From contig CANKII010000004.1 in assembly GCA_947482115.1 (NCBI GenBank), positions 221,630 through 253,629 on the forward strand: a stretch of DNA of 32,000 nt, written 5' to 3'. Of the stretch, positions 25,036 through 32,000 are shown piece by piece. Position numbers and translations under genes: made by a program. The notes under the pieces are model-generated. The model had not been told where the DNA came from. It saw nothing but the letters and a program-made list of their open reading frames with translations, and did not search any database. This DNA comes from Fibrobacterota bacterium. GTDB taxonomy: Bacteria; Fibrobacterota; Fibrobacteria; UBA11236. Positions within the stretch are counted from its first letter, which is position 1, and the number at the start of each line of letters is the position of its first letter.

Positions 25036-25064
25036 CCGGTCGTTTCGACAGGCTCAACGACCGG
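25036..25064 (+). repeat. palindromic loop-conserved element, copy 3 (intergenic, upstream of GIY-YIG)
   Basis: CCGGTCGTT-TCGACAGGCTC-AACGACCGG is a perfect 9-bp stem. It starts 1 nt after the TIM-barrel stop. Confidence 0.85.
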
Positions 25065-25123
25065 TCTGTGGAATCTCTCAATGATCAACAAATTCATTGA
25101 AATGACTATTGGATAAATAGCAG

Positions 25124-25468
25124 ATGCCCCATATGTATATACTCGAATGCGCGGACGGTACGTATTACACGGGCAGTACCGTGAACTTACGAGAGCGATT
25201 CTGGCAGCATCAAGACGGGATTGGTGCCAACTATACCGCAAAGCGATTACCTGTGAAATTGGTGTATTGGGAAGAATACCACCGCATTGATGATGTCTTC
25301 GAGCGTGAGAAACAAGTTCAGGGCTGGAGCCATGCGAAAAAGAAAGCGTTGATTGAAACCAACAACAAGGCGCTTCCCGATCTTTCCCGAAACTACATGC
25401 AACACGGTAGACCGGTCATTGAGCCTGTCGAAATGACCGACGAAGACGACACACGAAAGAAAAAATGA
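25124..25468 (+). CDS. GIY-YIG nuclease family protein (COG2827/YhbQ-like small URI-domain protein)
   Basis: MYILECADGTYYTGSTVNLRERFWQHQDG.GANYT...PVKLVYWEEY......EREKQVQGWSHAKKKALI covers the GIY..YTG, R..H and E catalytic blocks. The C-terminal GRPVIEPVEMTD is encoded by element copy 4. The start could also be the ATG at 25133. Confidence 0.85.
   Translation: MPHMYILECADGTYYTGSTVNLRERFWQHQDGIGANYTAKRLPVKLVYWEEYHRIDDVFEREKQVQGWSHAKKKALIETNNKALPDLSRNYMQHGRPVIEPVEMTDEDDTRKKK
25413..25439 (-). repeat. palindromic loop-conserved element, copy 4 (inside the 3' end of the GIY-YIG ORF)
   Basis: CGGTCATT-GAGCCTGTCGA-AATGACCG has an 8-bp stem. It is in the opposite orientation to copy 3. Confidence 0.85.
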
Positions 25469-25863
25469 AAGTCCTCGGCATCCACCACATCGCCATCCAA
25501 ACCACCGACATGGATCGGTCGATCCATTTTTACACAAACATTCTCGGTGCGGAGCTCATCTCACGAAATCCATTCAAGAAGCGGGAGATGGCTTGGCTCA
25601 AGGTCGGAAATATTTCTCTCGAACTGTTCAGCGCACGGCGTGATGAAACACTAAACATATGGAATGATTTCATTCCGGGACCGGTTCACATTGCTTTTCT
25701 CGTGGAAGACCTGGATGTTTTCCTAGCTCATGTGAAAGAACAGGGAGCAACTTTGCATCCGTCCCATCCCGAACCGTTCACACCACCCGTCCTCGGGGCC
25801 GGAAGAATGGTCTATCTTCTCGGTCCTGACGGCGAAGAAGTCGAGATCCGAACAAACGAATAA
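25465..25863 (+). CDS. VOC/glyoxalase-family protein
   Basis: GIHHIAIQTTDMDRSIHFYTNILG...HIAF.VEDLD......G......P........R..Y..GPDGEEVEI fits the family. An ATGA overlap links it to the GIY-YIG stop. Confidence 0.8.
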   Translation: MKVLGIHHIAIQTTDMDRSIHFYTNILGAELISRNPFKKREMAWLKVGNISLELFSARRDETLNIWNDFIPGPVHIAFLVEDLDVFLAHVKEQGATLHPSHPEPFTPPVLGAGRMVYLLGPDGEEVEIRTNE

Positions 25864-25876
25864 ATGAACAACACCG

Positions 25877-25907
25877 ACCGGTCATTGAGCTTGTCGAAAT
25901 GACCGGT
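25877..25907 (-). repeat. palindromic loop-conserved element, copy 5 (intergenic, after the VOC gene)
   Basis: ACCGGTCATT-GAGCTTGTCGA-AATGACCGGT is a perfect 10-bp stem. It is in the same orientation as copy 4. Confidence 0.85.
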
Positions 25908-25909
25908 GA

Positions 25910-27106
<1,197 letters not shown>

Positions 27107-27115
27107 TTTTATTCC

Positions 27116-27694
27116 ATGCCTAAAACAAAAACGATTCATCGCTGTCCCTGGGTGGACTTGAGTAAACCCGATTACGTCGAATACCATGACAAGGAATGGG
27201 GTGTTCCCGTTCATGACGATCTAATCCTGTTTGAATTCCTCACCCTGGAGGCTGCGCAAGCCGGACTCAGTTGGTACACCGTATTGCGCAAGCGGGAGAA
27301 TTACCGCAAAGCCTTTGACGGCTTCGATGTCAAAAAGATCGCGAAGTATGGCGACAAGAAAGTTGCGGAACTTCTCGGCAATGCAGGGATCATTCGCAAT
27401 CGCTTAAAGATTGCAGCGGCGATTAACAACGCACAACGGTTCCTCGAAATCCAAAAAGAATTCGGCAGTTTCGATGCCTACATCTGGAAATTTGTGAACG
27501 GCAAAACCATCGTCTATAAACCCAAAACGATGAAAGATTTCCGCGCCACCAGCCCCGAATCGGATGCGATGAGCAAGGATTTGATCAAGCGGGGCTTCAA
27601 ATTCGTGGGCTCCACGATTTGCTATGCGCATATGCAGGCGACGGGCATGGTGAATGATCACACCGTGGATTGTTTTAGAAAAAAGAAAGTTTAG
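27116..27694 (+). CDS. tag: DNA-3-methyladenine glycosylase I
   Basis: RCPWV......YHDKEWGVPVHDD..LFEFL.LE..QAGLSW.TVL.KRENYR.AF..FD...I, GIIRNRLKI and VDCF match Tag. Confidence 0.92.
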   Translation: MPKTKTIHRCPWVDLSKPDYVEYHDKEWGVPVHDDLILFEFLTLEAAQAGLSWYTVLRKRENYRKAFDGFDVKKIAKYGDKKVAELLGNAGIIRNRLKIAAAINNAQRFLEIQKEFGSFDAYIWKFVNGKTIVYKPKTMKDFRATSPESDAMSKDLIKRGFKFVGSTICYAHMQATGMVNDHTVDCFRKKKV

Positions 27695-27717
27695 ACGTTT
27701 CGATGGTTCACCTTGTT

Positions 27718-28527
27718 CTAAGCCATCGCCAGCTTTGCCACATAGGTTCGCTCTTCAGGCCCGAACCATGGGCCTGATCCGGCTGCCGCATTTTCCGTCA
27801 TGCGCTCCGGCTTCGACGTAGCCGGAATGGCGACATGACATCGGGGATCGCTTAAAACCCACTTGAGCAAAGCCTGCGCCCAAGTTCGCACTCCGAATTC
27901 CGCAAGCGGTTTGAGTTGTGATTCCGAAATATTTTTCCGCATCAATTTTCCCTGGAAAAGGGGACGCATCACAATCACACCAAGGCCAATATCTGCCGCC
28001 AATGGGAGAATTTCTTTCTCCACATCCCTTTCCATCGGATTATACGGGATTTGAATGGTTGTGATGCGCCCTGTTTTCATCACCGTTTTCAATTCACCGA
28101 AAGCGCTGGCTTGATAATGCGTGGCTCCAATTGCGCCAATTTTCCCTTCCTGCTTCAACCCTTCCACTGTGGCGAGATGTTCCTTCCAGTTCACCAGATT
28201 GTGGATTTGATACAGATCGACATATCCGCCGAAGTATGCGAAAGCTCGTTCCATCTGTTCGCGTCCCTCGGCCATGGAGTTTGTCCACACCTTTGTGGCG
28301 ACAAGAGCTTTGTCTCTTCTGCCTTGAAGCGTTCCGCCCAAAACCCGTTCCGATTCTCCGTACATCGGCGAAGAGTCAAAGAAATTTGCGCCCGCAGCCA
28401 AAGCTCGATCGACAACCACACTAGCATTTTCTTCAGCTTGAGTTCCGTGAACATCGAACGTCTGCCATGTGCCCATTCCCACAACGGGGACGGTCAGCCC
28501 TGATTCACCCAATGTCCGGTTTTCCAT
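27718..28527 (-). CDS. aldo/keto reductase
   Basis: LGESGLTVPVVGMGTW, FFDSSPMYGESERVLG, VATKVW, DLYQIHN and IGATHY fit the AKR family. Confidence 0.88.
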   Translation of the reverse strand: MENRTLGESGLTVPVVGMGTWQTFDVHGTQAEENASVVVDRALAAGANFFDSSPMYGESERVLGGTLQGRRDKALVATKVWTNSMAEGREQMERAFAYFGGYVDLYQIHNLVNWKEHLATVEGLKQEGKIGAIGATHYQASAFGELKTVMKTGRITTIQIPYNPMERDVEKEILPLAADIGLGVIVMRPLFQGKLMRKNISESQLKPLAEFGVRTWAQALLKWVLSDPRCHVAIPATSKPERMTENAAAGSGPWFGPEERTYVAKLAMA

Positions 28528-28586
28528 GAAAGATCGTCTTTCTTCTTTCTAGTATATTAGCTCAACAACCCGGTGAATGGAAGAAT

Positions 28587-29009
28587 ATGCTTAAACTCGG
28601 TTTCATCATTTCGATTTGCGCGATTTCCTGTGTGATGGCTAAGCAGGGAACCCAAAACAAAGGCGCGGACAGCCTGAAGGCGCTCAGCGTGATTTTGCAA
28701 AGCGAGTTCGACGTTAAAAGCAAAGTTTTCATCTGCAAGAATCCAAGTTTTTCGGATTCCCTCGTTCATTCCCTGTGCGACGCGTCGAGTTTCAAGCAGG
28801 CCATCTCCGACAGAACGATTCTGGTGGAAATCAATTCCAAGCGAGAGTTCAACCGGTACTGGAAAAAAGTGGAATCACAAAGCGGCTTCACGGATTTGAA
28901 AAATCAACTCAATGCGCATGACGTGGACAAGACCCTCATACCCAAGGCGTACGCGCTTGATTCATCCGTCGTGATTTATCCGGGTTGGATCATCATCCGG
29001 AAGAAATAA
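28587..29009 (+). CDS. hypothetical exported protein or lipoprotein
   Basis: The N-terminus MLKLGFIISICAISCVMAK is hydrophobic with Cys residues. I recognise no family. Confidence 0.45.
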   Translation: MLKLGFIISICAISCVMAKQGTQNKGADSLKALSVILQSEFDVKSKVFICKNPSFSDSLVHSLCDASSFKQAISDRTILVEINSKREFNRYWKKVESQSGFTDLKNQLNAHDVDKTLIPKAYALDSSVVIYPGWIIIRKK

Positions 29010-29029
29010 CCCCTCAACAGGAGATCATC

Positions 29030-29443
29030 ATGAAAATTTTTTCAAAGTTGAACCGGTTCAGTGATTTTGGACTCCTGTTGCTGCGACTCGGCATTGCCAT
29101 CATTTTTATCAAACACGGGCTGTTTAAATGGCAGATGTGGGGCATGCAGCCCTCGGATCAACTGCCCGGTTCCATGCTGATGATTTTCAAAATTCTTTCG
29201 GTGGCGGAGCCACTTGCGGGTCTGTCCATGATCGCCGGGTTTCTGACCCCTCTTGCCGCCATCGGAATGAGCGTTCTCATGCTGGGGGTCATCAACATGA
29301 AAATCAACGTGATGCACGTGGGCTTTATTGCGGGCCAAACCACCGGGTGGGAATTTGATTTCATCTGTCTGTGCGTCGCACTGTGCATCCTATTCACGGG
29401 CCCGGGGAAAATTTCGCTGGAGAAAATGATTTCCAAGGAATAA
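29030..29443 (+). CDS. DoxX-family membrane protein
   Basis: AGGAG lies upstream of the ATG at 29030. FGLLLLRLGIAIIFIKHG..K is followed by four hydrophobic spans. Confidence 0.75.
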   Translation: MKIFSKLNRFSDFGLLLLRLGIAIIFIKHGLFKWQMWGMQPSDQLPGSMLMIFKILSVAEPLAGLSMIAGFLTPLAAIGMSVLMLGVINMKINVMHVGFIAGQTTGWEFDFICLCVALCILFTGPGKISLEKMISKE

Positions 29444-29506
29444 TCCCGTTCATCCATGAGCCGTGGAGTGGCCGGAGTCAATCACTCCTATTAATATTCA
29501 AATACC

Positions 29507-30076
29507 ATGTTACACTCCGGTCCCGTGCAGCCGTTTTACTTTCTCGGAAATTCAACCGGCCCTTGGCTAATTAAAACCTCTACAGCCATTATTGGCGCCC
29601 CCATTCCCGAGGCTGAACGGGTAACGGTGTCCGGCGGAATTCACTCTCCTTTGCAGGAAGAAAATCAGTGGATTTTCAAAGGCGTGGTTAGCAACCATCG
29701 CTATACGAATCGGGACGAAAAGGAAAGTCTCGTTGCGGTACAGGAAGGTTTAAACCGGCCTCAAGCCACTTGCGCAGCCATGATCCTGATCAAAAAGTCC
29801 GAAGCTTGGTGGGAACTTCCCCAGGATGAACGACGAGCCATTCTCGAACAGCAATCCGAGCATATTAAAACCGGGATGAAGTACCTGCCCGCTATTGCGC
29901 GAAAACTTTACCACTCCCGCGACTTGGGCGAATCGATCGATTTCATCACATGGTTTGAGTTCGCGCCCGAACACGAAAAAGATTTCAACGCCTTGGTGGC
30001 GGAATTGAGAAAGACCCGGGAGTGGGAATTCGTGGAACGGGAAATCGACATCCGCATGGTCAAGGAAACGGTTTAG
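29507..30076 (+). CDS. chlorite dismutase-family protein (short, single-domain clade-2-like form)
   Basis: IKKSEAWWELPQDERRAI.E..S.HI..G.KYLPAIARKLYHSRDLGE..DFITWFEFAPEH...F..LV..LR.T.EW..VEREIDIRM fits my recollection of short Cld-like proteins. I cannot verify the catalytic residue status by eye. Confidence 0.6.
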   Translation: MLHSGPVQPFYFLGNSTGPWLIKTSTAIIGAPIPEAERVTVSGGIHSPLQEENQWIFKGVVSNHRYTNRDEKESLVAVQEGLNRPQATCAAMILIKKSEAWWELPQDERRAILEQQSEHIKTGMKYLPAIARKLYHSRDLGESIDFITWFEFAPEHEKDFNALVAELRKTREWEFVEREIDIRMVKETV

Positions 30077-30104
30077 GAAAACCGTCTCACATGGGCCGCT
30101 TGCT

Positions 30105-31112
30105 TTAAGGCCTTCTCAAATAGAGTGTGCGGAACGACTCCTTTTGTGGAAACAAAACCTCCACGTAATAAGCGCCTGCGGGAAGAATGGACAGGTCATA
30201 ACTGGAGGCATACGAGCCCTTCCATGAAAACTTCTTTTGGCCCGCCATGTTGGAAATCCAAACGGAGTGGGGTTCATTGAAAGGCACTTGGATTTTACCC
30301 TGATAAAAATCGATCAAGGGTTTTATGGCGGCTCGTCCGCGAATGCCCGTTGTTCCCACGCTGGCGCCCCATTTCAGAGCCTGGACTACCTGTCCTTTCC
30401 ATTCAGGACGATGCCAGGTTTGGCCATCGTGACCGCTGGAGTTGTAATACACCCAACCCTTCCCCTGCGGACGCACCCAGATCCACGGAGTGGCCGTGTC
30501 GACGGTATTCATCCGAGAGCGGGCAAGCACAATGGTATCGGAGACAAAATTCTTGTGTCTGCGGCCCTCGTCCCAATATGGCTGGCCACCGGTGGCAGTG
30601 GCCGAGGTTGGCAGGGTTGTAGTCCCCGTCAATGAGGCATGTAAGGGCTGCTTGAAGGTGATTGCTCCTCCATTGTCGGAGGTGCCGTTTCCGTGGTCCA
30701 AAAAGAGACCGCCGAGTAAGTTGCCCCAGTTCGTGCTGAGGGTTCCGTTATTGAGATAGGTGTTGGTGGAGCCATGAAAGGCGACCGCCACGTGACCGGC
30801 GGCAATCCACGCAATGAAATTGCTCAGTTGTGTCGCCGAGAGATCCGTTCCCGTCTGATCAGTCGTGTAAAGAAAGGCCACATCGTACTGGGCCAAACTG
30901 TCGGGAGAGAGCCAACTGTGCGTGACGGCTTCGCGGTAATTCAACGTCATATTGTTGGCCGCGAACACCGCGGCAAGTGTATCGCGCAATGCGCGAGCGT
31001 TATGCGTGGCGGTGTTCGTGCCACCCCAAAACAGAACTCGTATCGGTGTTTGGGCAATCGATAGGGTTCCAACCAATAATGCGATTGCACCGGTCTTAAA
31101 AAGAAGATCCAT
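30105..31112 (-). CDS. ThuA-like domain protein with a signal peptide and a T9SS C-terminal sorting domain
   Basis: IRVLFWGG....H.......L, L..YDV.FLY, AAGHVAVAFHGS, LGGLF.DH and P.IWVR..GKGWVYY...GHD..TW fit a ThuA-like domain. The C-terminal domain reads ...VWISNMAGQKKF...LPAGAYYVEV.... Confidence 0.65.
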   Translation of the reverse strand: MDLLFKTGAIALLVGTLSIAQTPIRVLFWGGTNTATHNARALRDTLAAVFAANNMTLNYREAVTHSWLSPDSLAQYDVAFLYTTDQTGTDLSATQLSNFIAWIAAGHVAVAFHGSTNTYLNNGTLSTNWGNLLGGLFLDHGNGTSDNGGAITFKQPLHASLTGTTTLPTSATATGGQPYWDEGRRHKNFVSDTIVLARSRMNTVDTATPWIWVRPQGKGWVYYNSSGHDGQTWHRPEWKGQVVQALKWGASVGTTGIRGRAAIKPLIDFYQGKIQVPFNEPHSVWISNMAGQKKFSWKGSYASSYDLSILPAGAYYVEVLFPQKESFRTLYLRRP

Positions 31113-31115
31113 GAA

Positions 31116-32000
31116 TCATACCCCCGGCATCCAGCGCGAATAGATGTTGTGCTTAGTGCGGACTTCCACGCGGTACATTCCATGCCGGAGCATTTTGGGA
31201 AGGATGAATCTTTTGGGCCCATTGCCATTGGCCGAGAATGCTTGATGTCCGGAAACATCCACCACCTTCAAATCATACACCTCATTCAAGTTGATTTCCA
31301 AAGTGGAATTGAAGGCGTGCAGTACAATCCTGTCTAATGATTCCCTTTGGGGATTCACACCCACCGTCTGGGTGGGTGAAACTTCGACCAGGGAAACTCC
31401 ATGCCGCGGCAAGGTGAAATTGAGGGAGACCTGTCCGTTGACCACGTCCAATTGTTGTTGTGGATTCAGCATTTCAAGCTGCATGTATTTACGCAGGGTA
31501 TCGAGTTGTGACTGCGTGGGGTTTTGCGGACTTCCAAACGCGAGCCACTTGGTGTAGGCATTGCTGTGAGTCGTGTCCATGCGCCAGTGGGTAACCCAGA
31601 CCTTGGACGGGAAAGTGGCGGGTACTTTCATGTTCAGCGTGATGTTGGCAGCGGGTACTTGCACCAGATCGTCATGGTAATTCCACATCAGCAACTGCAG
31701 AAGCGAATCCGATTTGGTGGCCATGCCATCAATATCCGGAGCCTGAGTGCCGCGCATCGCCCCGGAATTGTTCAGGATGTAAGCGAGCCCCAATGCTCCG
31801 GAGCTTTGTACTGGAACACGGTTGCCGCGGAGTTTTCCGAGCATCTTGAACACGTTCAACACCGGCTTGTGAACGCCATTGCTTGAAAGCGTCCGGAACC
31901 CCCGGAAATACGGCTGGTCATTGAACAGCCAGGCCCATGCCAGCAGGGCCCTGAGGTTCACTCCGAGGCTGTCGGCAAGTGTCAACGAGTGTTTCATCAT
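31116..32000 (-). CDS. glycoside hydrolase (GH39-like, clan GH-A) C-terminal portion with a T9SS C-terminal sorting domain; the 5' end is probably outside the window
   Basis: WAWLFNDQPYFRGFRTLSSNGVHKPVLNVFKMLG resembles GH39-type proteins as I recall them. The C-terminal domain reads ...LKVVDVSGHQAF...LRHGMYRVEV.... The ORF is open to the window edge. The stop lies 3 nt before the ThuA-like start. Confidence 0.55.
   Translation of the reverse strand: MMKHSLTLADSLGVNLRALLAWAWLFNDQPYFRGFRTLSSNGVHKPVLNVFKMLGKLRGNRVPVQSSGALGLAYILNNSGAMRGTQAPDIDGMATKSDSLLQLLMWNYHDDLVQVPAANITLNMKVPATFPSKVWVTHWRMDTTHSNAYTKWLAFGSPQNPTQSQLDTLRKYMQLEMLNPQQQLDVVNGQVSLNFTLPRHGVSLVEVSPTQTVGVNPQRESLDRIVLHAFNSTLEINLNEVYDLKVVDVSGHQAFSANGNGPKRFILPKMLRHGMYRVEVRTKHNIYSRWMPGV

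Noticed and set aside
31998-32000. An apparent ATG start of the last ORF exactly at the window edge.
   Set aside because: The translated part begins in the middle of what looks like a glycoside-hydrolase catalytic domain. The Met codons at the edge are most likely internal, and the gene continues beyond the window.

Overview
This is a chromosomal segment at roughly 50-55% GC, judged by eye, with about 36 genes that are mostly housekeeping. Three exported proteins carry Por/T9SS-type C-terminal sorting domains. IleRS is the long type-2 form and is followed by a DksA/TraR gene. Together these point to an FCB-superphylum (Bacteroidota/Ignavibacteriota-like) organism.

Recognisable genes, in order:
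- a DUF1343/NamZ-like fragment, ssb, and a ModF-like ABC ATPase
- an OmpR-type response regulator with a PAS histidine kinase
- larB, rfbB and fmt
- ileS with a dksA-like gene
- a ParE/RelE toxin-antitoxin pair and a GT9 heptosyltransferase
- a minus-strand run of rnhA, yhhQ, rlmN and ogt
- an ebo-like cyclitol cluster: a DHQS-like cyclase, two xylose-isomerase-type TIM barrels and an AP-superfamily phosphodiesterase
- a GIY-YIG nuclease, a VOC protein, a CBM48-esterase, tag, an aldo-keto reductase, DoxX and a short Cld-family protein
- a ThuA-like protein and a GH fragment, both with T9SS C-terminal domains

No rRNA, tRNA or CRISPR array was found.

Things that stand out:
1. A family of five stem-loop elements shares an invariant 11-nt loop (TCGACARGCTC) with covarying stems. 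Three copies bracket a small GIY-YIG nuclease gene and its neighbour. One sits in frame inside ileS. One supplies the C-terminal tail and stop of rlmN.
2. An AT-rich islet encodes an unannotatable protein with an N-terminal HEPN-like R-N-x3-H motif and eight CxxC pairs. It lies next to the toxin-antitoxin pair.
3. The ebo-like cluster is rearranged and truncated, with no eboA, eboB or eboC in the window.
4. A frameshifted duplicate of the eboF-like 3' end flanks an inserted BNR/T9SS gene.
5. There are histone-H1-like Lys/Ala-rich sequences. One is an unlisted 37-aa ORF. The other is an N-terminal extension of about 85 aa on the DksA/TraR protein.
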